Program-made: the position numbers and the translations under genes
Shown here: piece by piece, positions 48,672 to 59,667 of the stretch
How positions within the stretch are numbered: the stretch's first letter is position 1
How the letters are laid out: each line of letters opens with the position of its first letter
Notes under the pieces: generated by a model
The model's input: only the letters and a program-made list of their open reading frames with translations
What the model was told of the DNA's origin: nothing
Databases searched by the model: none
DNA from: a bacterium
Lineage (GTDB): Bacteria; Electryoneota; Electryoneia; Electryoneales; Electryoneaceae
Direction of reading: 5' to 3'
Assembly: GCA_963669175.1 (NCBI GenBank)
Contig: OY769902.1
Span: 3,392,001 to 3,456,000 of the forward strand
Length of the DNA stretch: 64,000 bases

Positions 48672-49580
48672 TTAATGCGAATAGGAATCGCCGAATTGTC
48701 GTCTTCTCGATTTTAGTTTGACTACCTGGTCAAGGATACGTTGATCATCCGGGAATTCCCTTTTGATTGTAATCAGTTCCGTTCGTACCCGGCTACCTTT
48801 GAATTGTGCAACCCCCAAGTATCGCGCGTTGCTGCCACATTGTACAACGGGTATCTTTCCTCTACGGTCCATACCCGACTGTTCTCTGTACAGGCTTTGC
48901 GAGTGACCACCAATAATCAAGTCTACCCCTTTCCATTGGTTTGCTTTTTCAGCATCGATGTCTTCACCAGCATGCGACAGGACAATAACCTTGGCGTCAG
49001 CCGGTGCATGTTTCAGTACAGCTTCCAGAGCGCTGTCAGGATCTAGCACGGTTACATAGTTTATCAGTCTTGGCGCCATATACCGCAAGGTCTGTTTATC
49101 CAAAATGGCAGTCACAAAATATTTCTCGCCACCTTTTTCGATTATACGGTACGCATGTTTCGCAACAGGCTTATGCGTATCCGAATAAACCAGGTTGGCA
49201 TTCACAATGGGCAGTTTTTCCATCATTAACGCCATCATTTCCGGCCCCTGGATCAACTCCTGGTCGCCTAATCCGATGGCGTCGTATTCCTGTACTCGCA
49301 TGGCCTCAACGATGAAGGGAGTTGCAACGGTATCATGAAGCGGCGGAACAAAATCACCTGAATCAAGCAGCAGCACGTCCCCAAGCTGACGTCTGCGCAT
49401 GATCTCGCTACTTCGCTTTTCCATCGCCCCAAGAGGATCGTTGGGACAGCCACAGTTTTCCATTACTCCATTCGTACACGCCGTAAACAGTATTTCCGCT
49501 CCACCGGCATAGGCGCCGGTAGCCAATGCCAGCAAGGACAACAGCCCGACAATCAGCAGAAAAAGTGAATAACGACGCAT
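48672..49580 (-). CDS. Secreted 5'-nucleotidase-like metallophosphoesterase-domain protein
   Basis: ENCGC...GA, LLDSGD, VLSH.G, IIGGHS motifs. Confidence 0.75.
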   Translation of the reverse strand: MRRYSLFLLIVGLLSLLALATGAYAGGAEILFTACTNGVMENCGCPNDPLGAMEKRSSEIMRRRQLGDVLLLDSGDFVPPLHDTVATPFIVEAMRVQEYDAIGLGDQELIQGPEMMALMMEKLPIVNANLVYSDTHKPVAKHAYRIIEKGGEKYFVTAILDKQTLRYMAPRLINYVTVLDPDSALEAVLKHAPADAKVIVLSHAGEDIDAEKANQWKGVDLIIGGHSQSLYREQSGMDRRGKIPVVQCGSNARYLGVAQFKGSRVRTELITIKREFPDDQRILDQVVKLKSRRRQFGDSYSH

Positions 49581-49613
49581 GCTTACAGCCTCTGTTACGC
49601 CTTTCTGAACTCT

Positions 49614-50123
49614 CTATTCCATCTGGTCTGTAGCTTCATCATCTTGAACTTCTTCATCATCAGAACGGTTCCAGATACCTACACCCGCATCCGCAGCCGC
49701 TTGCTCATATTCCAGGTACTGGCCCATTTGCGGGTGCGTGTGCTCTTCGTTGGCTCGTGCCAGCCCCTTCTCCAACAAGTGCTTACCCAGGTCTGATCCG
49801 TCATGAAGCACCATGTAGGCATGCAAATCGACACTGGAAGAATCCGGCTCAAAACTGCTTTCAAACTCCAGGGTTACTTCATGTGCAGTCACCAGGCTGG
49901 TGATGTCCTGGATGACAGCATCGTAGTCCAAACCTGCCGTTTCAAACTCGTCCTGCGAAGGCGCTTCTATCCCAATAAGATGAACAATCCTGCCTTTGCT
50001 CAGTTGGTACTGGTTAATGGCCAGCGCTTGTTCAACCTTATCATGTGTGCTCAGATACAGGACAACCCCTATCAGGACCACGGTCAGAATCAGGATTAGA
50101 ACGGCAATGAATCGCTGTTTCAT
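49614..50123 (-). CDS. Thermonuclease (SNase-like) family protein
   Basis: TM anchor, VHLIGIEAP, LLEKGLAR, EQAA...GVGIW. Confidence 0.75.
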   Translation of the reverse strand: MKQRFIAVLILILTVVLIGVVLYLSTHDKVEQALAINQYQLSKGRIVHLIGIEAPSQDEFETAGLDYDAVIQDITSLVTAHEVTLEFESSFEPDSSSVDLHAYMVLHDGSDLGKHLLEKGLARANEEHTHPQMGQYLEYEQAAADAGVGIWNRSDDEEVQDDEATDQME

Positions 50124-50124
50124 C

Positions 50125-51486
50125 TCAGGCTCCTTCAGTTTGAGTTGCGCCAGTCGCTTCGTAGGACTGCGCAGCTTCCTGCTCTGCATCGCGGATGATC
50201 GGGTTCAGGCGTGGTAACTGTGTCAGCAATACCAGTGCGATCACGCCGAGAATACCGGCAATCAGGAAGAAGAAACTGGAATGGCTCATCCGATACCAAA
50301 GGTGGCCGATCTGCCCGGATGACATTCCGCCAATGCCGGAAGCTACAAACCAGCCGCCCATCATCATCCCAAGCTTGCTTTTCGGCGCCAGTTTGGACAC
50401 CAGTGACAGCCCCATCGGCGAAAGGCACAACTCGCCCGAAGTCAGCAAGGCATACGATATCACCAGCCACATCACACTGACATGCCCGTTGTTGCCACCC
50501 ATCATGGCCGCAACGCCCATCAGGACAAAAGCACTGACGCTCAACAACATGCCGATGAACATCTTGGCGGCAGTTGTTGGCTCTTTGCCGAATTGACGAA
50601 GCAGCCCCCAGAATGTCACTAACGGGAAGGTCAACAGGAGAATAAACATCGGGTTTACAGATTGGAACATCTCAGGCGCGATTGCGGTATTGGTCGCCTG
50701 CTGTGCCCAGAAAGTCAGAGTCAGCCCCTGCTGTTCAAACGCCATCCAGAAGAAGATGACGATTACAAAAATGATCACGAGGGCGACGATACGATCACGA
50801 TCCTTCTTCGGATCTGATTTGTCCACTTCCTGTGGTTTGTCCAGGTTCATCTTACGGAGCTTGTATCCCGGCGGATGATCCCCTTCCTTTACCAGGCGTT
50901 GCAGACTCCAGAATACAATCATGGAAAAGACCATGCCGATGGCGGCGGCGCCGAATCCATAATGCCAGCCATATTGAATGCGCAGATATCCCGCAACCAG
51001 CGGGGAAATAAATGCGCCGAGGTTGATGCCCATGTAGAAAATATTGTAGCCATCATCGCGTTTTTCCGGAACCTTGCGATAGAGGTTGCCCAGCATGGTT
51101 GAGATGTTCGGCTTGAAAAGGCCATTCCCCAACAGAAGGAAAATTAGGCCAGCAAAGAAGAACGGTAGCGGTCTGAACGCGAGCAACAGGTGCCCGATCA
51201 TAAACAGGATACCGCCAACCGTCACAGAACGCTTGATCCCAAGGTACTGATCAGCCAACCAGCCCCCGATAAAGGGCGTAAAGTACACCAGCCCCACATA
51301 GAGACTGTATATGTTGTTGGTTTTATCGCCGGAGAAACCAAGACCGCCTTCATCAATTGACGAAATCATGTAGAGTGCAAAAATCGCACGCATGCTGTAG
51401 AAACTGAAACGCTCCCACATCTCTGTCATGAAGAGAACAGGCATTCCCTTGGGGTGAGATCTGCTTACTGTGGCCGCTGCACTCAT
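50125..51486 (-). CDS. POT/PTR-family di-/tripeptide MFS transporter
   Basis: EMWERFSFY, GNGLFKPN, FYMGINLGA, GELCLSP. Confidence 0.95.
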   Translation of the reverse strand: MSAAATVSRSHPKGMPVLFMTEMWERFSFYSMRAIFALYMISSIDEGGLGFSGDKTNNIYSLYVGLVYFTPFIGGWLADQYLGIKRSVTVGGILFMIGHLLLAFRPLPFFFAGLIFLLLGNGLFKPNISTMLGNLYRKVPEKRDDGYNIFYMGINLGAFISPLVAGYLRIQYGWHYGFGAAAIGMVFSMIVFWSLQRLVKEGDHPPGYKLRKMNLDKPQEVDKSDPKKDRDRIVALVIIFVIVIFFWMAFEQQGLTLTFWAQQATNTAIAPEMFQSVNPMFILLLTFPLVTFWGLLRQFGKEPTTAAKMFIGMLLSVSAFVLMGVAAMMGGNNGHVSVMWLVISYALLTSGELCLSPMGLSLVSKLAPKSKLGMMMGGWFVASGIGGMSSGQIGHLWYRMSHSSFFFLIAGILGVIALVLLTQLPRLNPIIRDAEQEAAQSYEATGATQTEGA

Positions 51487-51650
51487 CCGAATTCCCTTTA
51501 CTGGTTACACGATAAATGCGAAGTAAGAATAGATACGGGAAAAGATGAAGAAATGCAAAGGGTGAAACACGGTTTCAGGGATTTTCCATTCGACAAACCC
51601 GATTCTTGCTCCACCCTGCCTGCCATGATTTCAATTGATTACATTGAAGC

Positions 51651-52793
51651 ATGAGCAAGTGGATACCGAAAGACAACGAAGTCGCTGACCTGCAAACTGA
51701 AGTCCTGGCATGGTACAGCAGGAACGCTCGCGATTTGCCCTGGCGGCATACACGTGAGCCTTATGCCATCCTTGTTTCAGAGATCATGTTGCAGCAGACG
51801 CGCGTAGATACGGTTATCCCCTTTTACAACAGGTTCTTGACGGCCTTTCCTGATCTACAGGCGCTGGCTGAAGCGGATGAACAGAAACTACTGAAACTTT
51901 GGGAAGGACTTGGCTACTATCGCAGAGCCAGAAACCTGCAGAAGGCGGCAATCGAAATTGTCCGAAAGTATAATGGCAACTTCCCGAAAGATGCTGACAG
52001 TATACGAACGCTTCCGGGAATTGGCGCGTACACTTCAGGCGCAATTGCGAGTATCGCTTTCGGAATCACAATTCCGGCAGTGGACGGCAATGTGCTTCGT
52101 GTTTATGCGCGGTTGTTCAGAATCATGGAGTCCATTGATACAACCAGAACGAAACAGTCAATCGAAGGACTTGCCGCCAGACTTGTATCACCGGAACAAC
52201 CGGGTGACTACAACCAGGCTATCATGGAAATCGGCGCCCTGCTATGTCAGAAAAACAGCACAAAATGCCAGCAATGCCCTGTACAAAAGTATTGCCGCGC
52301 GTTCGCAGAAAACCTTCAAAACGACCTTCCCGTTCGCACACCGAAAAGTAAGCCCCCGTTAAAAACAGGGTTGGCGTTCTATATCGAGAATGACCAAGGT
52401 GAAATTCTTCTGGTCAAACGTCCTGACGATATAATGCTGGGCGGTATGTGGGAATTACCAACTATTGTGCTGACTGCCAAAACTGATAAAAATGAAACGT
52501 GTCAAAGGGTTGCAGCTTTTCTGAAGATGTCACCGGAAACCTCGTGTTTACCGGTAGTACAAATCAAACATGCCTACAGCCATTTTTCATTATCACTGAA
52601 CGGATTCAGACTTCTGCGCAATCAGATCAGAATGCCTGAAAACGGTGCTATATTCGAACTGTTTCACTGTGATAAGGTTGCCTGGTGCAATCCTGATAAC
52701 CTCGCAGAGTATCCTGTCCATCAAGCTCAACGCAAATTATTAGAAGCGTTTCGATCTCAAGCAATTACCCCTGATCTGTTCGATCAGAGCTAA
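51651..52793 (+). CDS. mutY: A/G-specific adenine glycosylase
   Basis: RDLPWR, VSEIMLQQT, WEGLGYYRRA, LPGIG.YT, VDGNV.RV, FeS Cys cluster, NUDIX-like C-terminus. Confidence 0.96.
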   Translation: MSKWIPKDNEVADLQTEVLAWYSRNARDLPWRHTREPYAILVSEIMLQQTRVDTVIPFYNRFLTAFPDLQALAEADEQKLLKLWEGLGYYRRARNLQKAAIEIVRKYNGNFPKDADSIRTLPGIGAYTSGAIASIAFGITIPAVDGNVLRVYARLFRIMESIDTTRTKQSIEGLAARLVSPEQPGDYNQAIMEIGALLCQKNSTKCQQCPVQKYCRAFAENLQNDLPVRTPKSKPPLKTGLAFYIENDQGEILLVKRPDDIMLGGMWELPTIVLTAKTDKNETCQRVAAFLKMSPETSCLPVVQIKHAYSHFSLSLNGFRLLRNQIRMPENGAIFELFHCDKVAWCNPDNLAEYPVHQAQRKLLEAFRSQAITPDLFDQS

Positions 52794-52823
52794 AAAGCCG
52801 GCCCAAATGGACCGGCTTAAAAA
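52794..52823. terminator. Hairpin between convergent mutY and RND genes
   Basis: AAGCCGG..CC-aaat-GG..CCGGCTT with A-run on the left. Confidence 0.7.
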
Positions 52824-52849
52824 TAGATTTCTATCGGGATGAAGCAGTA

Positions 52850-55800
52850 CTAGGCTTTTTCAGCTTCCAACCGCTTGCGTTCGCCTTTGGCTTCCATGGA
52901 CGCAAACAGGACAGGAATCAATACCAGCGCCAGAACTGTCGATACGATCAAACCACCAATCGCCACAATCGCCATCGCACTACGAAAGTCGCCACCCTTA
53001 CCAATCCCCAACGCCAGCGGAAGCATACCGAGTACGGTTGCAACTGTGGACATCAGGATAGGACGCAGCCTTATGGGGCAGGCTTCAAGTATCGCTTCAA
53101 TCAAACCATAGCCGCGTTGGCGCAACTGAGCCGTATAGTCGATCAACAGAATACCGTTGTTTACCACGATACCGACAAGCATGATGATCGCCATCATGGA
53201 AACCATGGAAATCGGCTTGCCTGTCATCACCAGCGACATGGATACACCGATCAACGCCAACGGAAGCGTGGTCATAATAATGAACGGGAACCTGTAACTT
53301 TCAAGGATCGCAGCCAGAAGCATATAGGTCAGGATGACAGCCAGGATCAACGCCTGAAACATACTGGCGAATGATTCGGCCATCATTTCCGACATACCGC
53401 CGAAATAAGCCGTTACACCTGAAGGCAATACAGGGCTTGGTCTGGCGCCAACACTACTTGTACCGCTAAGCATATCACGCATCTGCTGTGAAGGCGGAAT
53501 TTGTTCGAGCTGCAGGTTCTCCTCAATCATCTTCTGCAATTCGCCCATTGTACCAGAAGCAACATTGGCTGAAACGGTAACCATACGCTGTTTGTTCTTA
53601 CGGGTTAGCTGTGTCGGCCCTGTGCCATACTCAATCCGTCCCAGATCTTTTAACGGTACAAAGCCTTTCGCGCTGGGAATCAGGATATCGCCAACACGAT
53701 CAATCTGATTACGGTCCAGTGAATCAAGCTGCACGCGAACGTCGTATTCATCGCCACCTTCACGATAGCGAGTCCCTACGCCACCTTCGTACAGCGTACG
53801 CAGTGTCATGGCAATATCTGTAACCGCAACTCCCACGTCCTGTAACCGTACCCGATCCGGATAAACCACGACTTCCGGTTTACCGATTACCCAGTCACTG
53901 CGAACATCAACAGCACGTCCGGTTGCCTGGACAAGAGCGATTGTCTTCTCGGCAGCTTCAGCCAGATCATCCGAATTACTGCCCTGGAGCTGAAGTTCAA
54001 TATCAGAAGATGATCCACCACCACCCATCATTGAACGCTCGGCCAGAACAATTGATGCTGAAGGAATATCCGCAAGCCTTGGACGAAGTTCCTTCAACAA
54101 ATCTGAAGTTGCCTGGAAAGGTTTGCCGTCCGAGGAAGCATTGGCATCATACAAGTTGACCAGAACGGTGCCATACTGAACACCTGTCGCGCCGCCCATG
54201 CCGCCTGCATTATTAGTTCCCAATGAGGTATAGACCTTTTCTACTTCCGGGAACTTGTTGACTTCTTCTTCGATGCGCTTCAAAACCCTGTTGGTCTCTT
54301 CCAACCTGGTTCCGGCAGGCATCTCAAGAGCCACACTGAACATGCGCTGATCACTGCTTGGGAAAAATTCCGATCCGATGAAACCGAACAGGAATAGCCC
54401 AAACACGAACATAATCCCAACGATCCCCAGCACTATCCACCTGTGCCCTAAAGACCATTTGAGAACATTGCGATAATCGTCCGCCAGTTCATCGTACCAA
54501 CTATCCCATAGCTTGCTGAACTTCTTCACCAGCCCAAGACGTTCTGCTATGACCATAATCAGAACTACAACCGACGTGATGACTGTGGCGATTGTACCCA
54601 GGAAGAAATAAACCGCGCCAACCATGATAATGGCAGCGAAAACGTAGACATTTGCCTTGATCTTGCGCGACGCCATCATCGGGGTCAGGGTGAAACTGAT
54701 CAGCAGGGAGAAAATGGTTGCGAATGCAACCGTAAGCCCGAACTGACGAAAAATCGGCCCGATAATCCCGGCCATAAAGGCCATCGGGGTAAATACTACA
54801 ACATTCGTCAGGGTTGATGCCGCAACTGCAATAGCGACTTCGCTTGTGCCCTGTGAAGCTGCAGTGGCCTGGTCGAGTCCTTCTTTCACTCGCAAGCGTT
54901 CAATATTCTCTAGCACCACAATGGCGTTTACAACAAGAATACCTACTGAAATTGACAATCCCATCAGAGACATCATGTTCAGGGTAAATCCGGCCGCATC
55001 AACCAGTACGAATGTCGAAATAATGGATACAGGCATTGCCACAGCAGCGATAATGGTGCCACGCCAGCTATGGAGAAACATGAACAGAACAATAGCCGTG
55101 AACAGAATACCAAGCACCAGGTTGCTGGAAACGTCCGCAACCGAATTCTTGATAAAGTCGCTGGTATCGTTTGCCACTTCAATCTTTACGCCTTCCGGCA
55201 AAACAGATTTCATCCTTGCCAGAGTAGCATAGACATCGTTGGCAATCTGAACCGTATTCGCGTCACTCTGTTTGACCAGGTCCAGACCGATCGTCTCCAC
55301 ACCGTTGAACCAGGCCATATCGCGACGTTCTTCGAAATCATCAATGATCGTGGCTATGCTGCTCAACGGAATTTCACCTGAAGAGGTCTGAATCCGTGTA
55401 TTGGCAATCTCCTGGACAGATGTGTACTCACCGTCCACTCGCAACGTATACTCTTTGCGGCCGGACAGAATACGCCCTGAAGGAAGTGTCAGGTTTGACT
55501 GGGCTAATGCTGCTGAAATCTGCAACGGGCTGAGTCCATAAGCGCGCAGTTTCTGGTTGGAAACGACAACCTTGATTTCACGCTCTTTGGCGCCAAGCAC
55601 GTCAACACTCGCCAGACCTGATATCTTTGCGAGTTCAGGTTTGATCGTCTTGTCGACGAGAACATACAAGTCTTCCAGCGGATATGGACCTGTTACTGCA
55701 AGACTGATAATGGCTTCCGCGCCCATATCAAACTTCTGAACAACCGGTTCCTCAATATCATCCGGCAAATTCGTACGAATTCCATCAATTTTATCTTTGA

Positions 55801-56122
55801 TATCAATTGCTCGGATATCAACATCTTCTCCCAGTTGCAGCTCGACGATGATCATACCAACGCCTTCCTGGGCAACTGAGAACAGGTTCTTTACACCACT
55901 AACCGCACTGACTTCCTCTTCCATCGGCTTGTTCAGCAGTGTCTCGATTTCCTCCGGTCCTGCACCGGGATAAATCGTCATTACTGTGACGTAAGGCAGG
56001 TCAATCTCGGGCATCAAGTCTATCCCGAGCCGCCCCATGCTGAAGAAACCGATCACAACGAACGTCATGACCACCATCGTCATCATGACTGGTCGTTTGA
56101 TCGAAATATCTGAAAGTACCAT
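52850..56122 (-). CDS. RND efflux transporter permease (AcrB/HAE1 family)
   Basis: SIKRPV, YPGAGPEEIE, GILVVNAIVVLENI, NNGILLID, RLRPILM. Confidence 0.96.
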   Translation of the reverse strand: MVLSDISIKRPVMMTMVVMTFVVIGFFSMGRLGIDLMPEIDLPYVTVMTIYPGAGPEEIETLLNKPMEEEVSAVSGVKNLFSVAQEGVGMIIVELQLGEDVDIRAIDIKDKIDGIRTNLPDDIEEPVVQKFDMGAEAIISLAVTGPYPLEDLYVLVDKTIKPELAKISGLASVDVLGAKEREIKVVVSNQKLRAYGLSPLQISAALAQSNLTLPSGRILSGRKEYTLRVDGEYTSVQEIANTRIQTSSGEIPLSSIATIIDDFEERRDMAWFNGVETIGLDLVKQSDANTVQIANDVYATLARMKSVLPEGVKIEVANDTSDFIKNSVADVSSNLVLGILFTAIVLFMFLHSWRGTIIAAVAMPVSIISTFVLVDAAGFTLNMMSLMGLSISVGILVVNAIVVLENIERLRVKEGLDQATAASQGTSEVAIAVAASTLTNVVVFTPMAFMAGIIGPIFRQFGLTVAFATIFSLLISFTLTPMMASRKIKANVYVFAAIIMVGAVYFFLGTIATVITSVVVLIMVIAERLGLVKKFSKLWDSWYDELADDYRNVLKWSLGHRWIVLGIVGIMFVFGLFLFGFIGSEFFPSSDQRMFSVALEMPAGTRLEETNRVLKRIEEEVNKFPEVEKVYTSLGTNNAGGMGGATGVQYGTVLVNLYDANASSDGKPFQATSDLLKELRPRLADIPSASIVLAERSMMGGGGSSSDIELQLQGSNSDDLAEAAEKTIALVQATGRAVDVRSDWVIGKPEVVVYPDRVRLQDVGVAVTDIAMTLRTLYEGGVGTRYREGGDEYDVRVQLDSLDRNQIDRVGDILIPSAKGFVPLKDLGRIEYGTGPTQLTRKNKQRMVTVSANVASGTMGELQKMIEENLQLEQIPPSQQMRDMLSGTSSVGARPSPVLPSGVTAYFGGMSEMMAESFASMFQALILAVILTYMLLAAILESYRFPFIIMTTLPLALIGVSMSLVMTGKPISMVSMMAIIMLVGIVVNNGILLIDYTAQLRQRGYGLIEAILEACPIRLRPILMSTVATVLGMLPLALGIGKGGDFRSAMAIVAIGGLIVSTVLALVLIPVLFASMEAKGERKRLEAEKA

Positions 56123-56155
56123 GTAACCGTGTCCTCTTGGGATCGTTCGGAATTA

Positions 56156-57217
56156 TCAGCCCTTGCCGTTCTCGCTGACGATTTTCACCTTGTCGCCTTC
56201 CTGCAAAGTGGCGTGACCATATATCGCAATGGTCTGTCCCTCGTTTAGACCGGCAATTACTTCAACATCCTGGCCGCCACGGAGACCAAGGTTTACATCC
56301 TGGAAAGTTGCATGACCATTGTCAATGACAACCAGGAAAGGGCCGTCACCACGGTCAAGAACAGCTTCCTGGGGAACGGCGATAACATCATCCTTGCTGT
56401 CAACAGTAACATCGACAACAACCAGCATTCCGGAATGGAATCCTTCTGTCGCGGGGATAACAGCCTTCACCGGAAACAACCTGCTACCGGATGCTGTAGA
56501 GATACTCACTTCAGTGATCTTTCCCGCAACCCCACCATGTGCTTCCGAAGAAAGCCGTACCTGAACAGTCTGCCCCACGCGCAGATTCTTACGATCTTCA
56601 CTGGAAACATTGAAGGTCACTTCAAGACGTTGCTGGGTGAGAATAGTAAGTGCCACTTCACCGGGTGCAGGAACTTGACCTTCCTGAATACTCACCAGGG
56701 AGACGCGTCCCGCCTTCGGTGCAGTAGCGCGCACCATACTTTGAGCGCTGCGAAGGTTCTCTGCTGCAATCAACCAGGCCATCTTTGTCTTCTCAAAATT
56801 CTGCTGGCTGATCGCGCCTGATTCCAACAACGCCTTCATACGGTTGTAATCCGCTTCGGCATCGTTGGCGGCAAGACGCTGCTGATATACCGCCGATTGA
56901 CTGGAAGTTGTATCCAGTTCAAAAAGCAGTTGCCCTTCTTCCACCCAGTCACCGGCATCCACGTACAGCTTGACAACTCGGTCACCAAGTTTCGTGGGAA
57001 CTTCTATTTCGCCCATTGAACGAAGATCACCGTAGAAGCTCTGGGTCTGGTAGACATTGGACCGGGTCGCAGGTTCTGCAAGCACCGGAACGCCTTCTTC
57101 ACGCTGGATCTTCTTTATGCTCTTCACTTCTTCGGTCTGTTGCGACCTTAAAACACCCAAGGTCAAAAAAACGATTATAACTGCAACAACACCGATGCCA
57201 AGAAATTTCTTGATCAT
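56156..57217 (-). CDS. RND periplasmic adaptor subunit
   Basis: V..GD.VEEGQLL, GAISQQ, V.LG.R...VEV..GL. Confidence 0.93.
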   Translation of the reverse strand: MIKKFLGIGVVAVIIVFLTLGVLRSQQTEEVKSIKKIQREEGVPVLAEPATRSNVYQTQSFYGDLRSMGEIEVPTKLGDRVVKLYVDAGDWVEEGQLLFELDTTSSQSAVYQQRLAANDAEADYNRMKALLESGAISQQNFEKTKMAWLIAAENLRSAQSMVRATAPKAGRVSLVSIQEGQVPAPGEVALTILTQQRLEVTFNVSSEDRKNLRVGQTVQVRLSSEAHGGVAGKITEVSISTASGSRLFPVKAVIPATEGFHSGMLVVVDVTVDSKDDVIAVPQEAVLDRGDGPFLVVIDNGHATFQDVNLGLRGGQDVEVIAGLNEGQTIAIYGHATLQEGDKVKIVSENGKG

Positions 57218-57235
57218 GATCTGCCTCTATCCCTG

Positions 57236-58627
57236 CTATTCCGTGTCCGACACAGAAAAATGACGACCCGTTGCACGGTCGAACTCCGCTCTTGCAACAC
57301 GAAGATTGTATTTCGCGTTCAGCACGTTCGCCTTGCTTCCACTTAATGCCTGGTGCGCATCGAGCACTTCCAACTGCGTACCTACTCCCTCTTTATACCT
57401 GACCTGTGCAATATCATAGCCACGTTCGGCCAGGTTGCGGGCATCAAGCGCTGCCTTTAACTGTTCCTGCGCTTTCTCGTATTCACGTTGCGCAGCATAC
57501 ACCTGCAACTGAACACCTCGCTCCAATTGCGATCGTTGCCGCATCGTGTTGCGAACATCAACCTTTGCCTGTTGAGCCTTGTGGTAAGATGAAAGACCAT
57601 CAAACAAAGGAATACTAACTCCTACCAAAGCGCCATAACCACCCAGAAATTCATACTTCGGGAAATTCATGTCTTCGCTCTGTGCGGTTGTCGACCAGGA
57701 CAACTGAGCGAAGAAGTTTGGCCACAACCAACTTCTATTGTAGACCTTCTCCTGGATTTTATACAGGTTGATACTGTGGTCCAGTTGACGAAATTCCACA
57801 CGCTGGCTGGTTGCCAATTGAACCGCATCATCATAAGCCAGCAATAATTCGCCCGAGTCTTCCAGTTCACCTTCAACAACAACTTCTTTGTTCAGGTTGA
57901 TGCCAAGAAGATTCTTCAGAGCCTTGTAAGAGAGATCAACATTTGTCGCGGCTGCCGTGACCTGCGGACGCATGTTGGCAACCATCACTTCCGAACGGAT
58001 CAGGTCGTATTCACTCACCATACCCTGATCATTCATGGATTTGACTTGTTCGAAATATGCTTTACTCTGTTCGAACGATTCCAATGTGACTTCCAAAGCC
58101 TCTTCAGCGAGCACAGTCGCATAGAAAGCTTCTGTCAGGCTCACACGCAAATCTTCACGTGCAACATCAACACTAAGTTCACTCAGGTTTCGGTATTCTT
58201 TCGCCGCTTTCAAGCCCAAACCAACTTTCCCACCGGCCCATAAAGTCTGATTCAATTCAACACTTGTTGTGGCAATATTCTCCATGCCCTGTTGAATTTT
58301 TAAACGTAAAGGTCCAAGGCTTTGCCCGGTTGTCGGGTCAATATTCATCTCTGCGGGCAATACCATGACGGACTTGGGAATCTCGAAGTAATGCTGGAAT
58401 GCCCCGGTCGCAGTGACTGTCGGCAAGGCAGCAGACCACGCTTCTCCTACTTGTTCGTCCGCACGAACCAGCTCATCACGTGCAGTCGCGTAGGATTCGT
58501 TCTTTTCCTGTGCAAGCTCCCATGCCTTGTCCCATGTCAGCACAAGAACATCTTCCTGCGCAATCGCTGAGGTAACAAAAAATAATGTTAAAAACAGCAA
58601 CGGGAGATGCAAAAATCTAACGTGCAT
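57236..58627 (-). CDS. TolC-family outer membrane efflux protein
   Basis: SIPLFDG, RYKEGVGTQLEVLDA; operon position. Confidence 0.93.
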   Translation of the reverse strand: MHVRFLHLPLLFLTLFFVTSAIAQEDVLVLTWDKAWELAQEKNESYATARDELVRADEQVGEAWSAALPTVTATGAFQHYFEIPKSVMVLPAEMNIDPTTGQSLGPLRLKIQQGMENIATTSVELNQTLWAGGKVGLGLKAAKEYRNLSELSVDVAREDLRVSLTEAFYATVLAEEALEVTLESFEQSKAYFEQVKSMNDQGMVSEYDLIRSEVMVANMRPQVTAAATNVDLSYKALKNLLGINLNKEVVVEGELEDSGELLLAYDDAVQLATSQRVEFRQLDHSINLYKIQEKVYNRSWLWPNFFAQLSWSTTAQSEDMNFPKYEFLGGYGALVGVSIPLFDGLSSYHKAQQAKVDVRNTMRQRSQLERGVQLQVYAAQREYEKAQEQLKAALDARNLAERGYDIAQVRYKEGVGTQLEVLDAHQALSGSKANVLNAKYNLRVARAEFDRATGRHFSVSDTE

Positions 58628-59252
58628 CTATCCTCCCTGAATTATCTCTTTGCTTAACCATGTCTGTCTCTGCATCTTGAATAAAGTAACTTCCGAAAAG
58701 TGCATCCACGATCTCAACGCTTGATGGGAAGCCTCCTTTGTACATATCCTCGAGAAGAATCGTAACATCCGGCTCAACGTCAAAAATGTGCAAAAGCAAA
58801 GCATATGCCTGAACATCTAATGGTTTTAAACGTCCATCAGCTATCGCTTCTGAAAGCTTTTGTTTAACAATTTCTATCCTTGTACGCATATAATCTGCTA
58901 TAATATCTCTGATTACAGGCAAAAAGTCCTTAAGTTCACCCAAAATCACATAATTCGCTTTATGCATGGCCCTGTTATGAGAGATCGCCTGCTCAACATA
59001 ACTCGAAAGACACGTCCTGATATCATCACTGCTATAAAGAGCTGTCTTTCCCATCTCTATACTCTCGGACATATTCCCACCGATCACAGCCCTGAATATG
59101 TCTTCCTTGCTCTGGAAATAGTGATAAAGTGCCGTTTTACCAAGACCCACCTCTTTCGCTACATCGTCAAGAGTGGTTTTCTTATAACCGAATGTCTTGA
59201 ACAACCGCGACGCTACTTCCAGAATTTCCAAACGTCGATCAATCTTTTCCAT
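58617..59252 (-). CDS. TetR/AcrR-family regulator
   Basis: ILEVASRLF...GYKKTTLDDVAKEVG.GK.ALYHYF.SKEDI. Confidence 0.95.
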   Translation of the reverse strand: MEKIDRRLEILEVASRLFKTFGYKKTTLDDVAKEVGLGKTALYHYFQSKEDIFRAVIGGNMSESIEMGKTALYSSDDIRTCLSSYVEQAISHNRAMHKANYVILGELKDFLPVIRDIIADYMRTRIEIVKQKLSEAIADGRLKPLDVQAYALLLHIFDVEPDVTILLEDMYKGGFPSSVEIVDALFGSYFIQDAETDMVKQRDNSGRIDAR

Positions 59253-59423
59253 GCTTCTCCAGACGAATTGAACAAATCGTTAAAAAGTTCGGGCGAAGTA
59301 TACGGTTTTACCATGTGGCTGGCAATAAGTTTCCTCAAATTGGAACTCTGGAGACAATGGAAAAAAGTAGGAATGATCAAGGTTAGCAAGCTTTCTATGT
59401 GGGGAGAAGAACACAGCGTGAAA

Positions 59424-59457
59424 AACAACAACAGCCCCTTGATTGAGGCTGTTGTTG
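59424..59457 (-). terminator. Terminator downstream of tRNA-Leu
   Basis: CAACAACAGCC...GGCTGTTGTTG hairpin with T-run on the minus strand. Confidence 0.7.
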
Positions 59458-59542
59458 GTGCCGAAGGAGGGACTCGAACCCTCACGTCCCGAAGGACACT
59501 GGTCCCTGAAACCAGCGCGTCTGCCAATTCCACCACTTCGGC
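59456..59542 (-). tRNA. tRNA-Leu (CAG)
   Basis: GCCGAAGTGGTGGAATTGGCAGAC...CTGGT-TTCAGGG-ACCAG, long variable arm, CCA. Confidence 0.94.
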
Positions 59543-59667
59543 TCACTACCGTAAGCAGGCGTCAAATGTAGAGCTAACACTTCGTGTTGTCAAGGGATTA
59601 TTTCATCAGGAGACTCCACAGGAAATTTCTTGACATTAATATCCCCAAGCAACAGAATATCTACACC

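Noticed and set aside
49440-49470. Selenocysteine recoding in the CGC motif of the nucleotidase-like gene
   Set aside because: The frame is open with ordinary Cys codons and no in-frame TGA
59268-59295. TetR operator GAAC-N13-GTTC
   Set aside because: The dyad is too short to distinguish from chance
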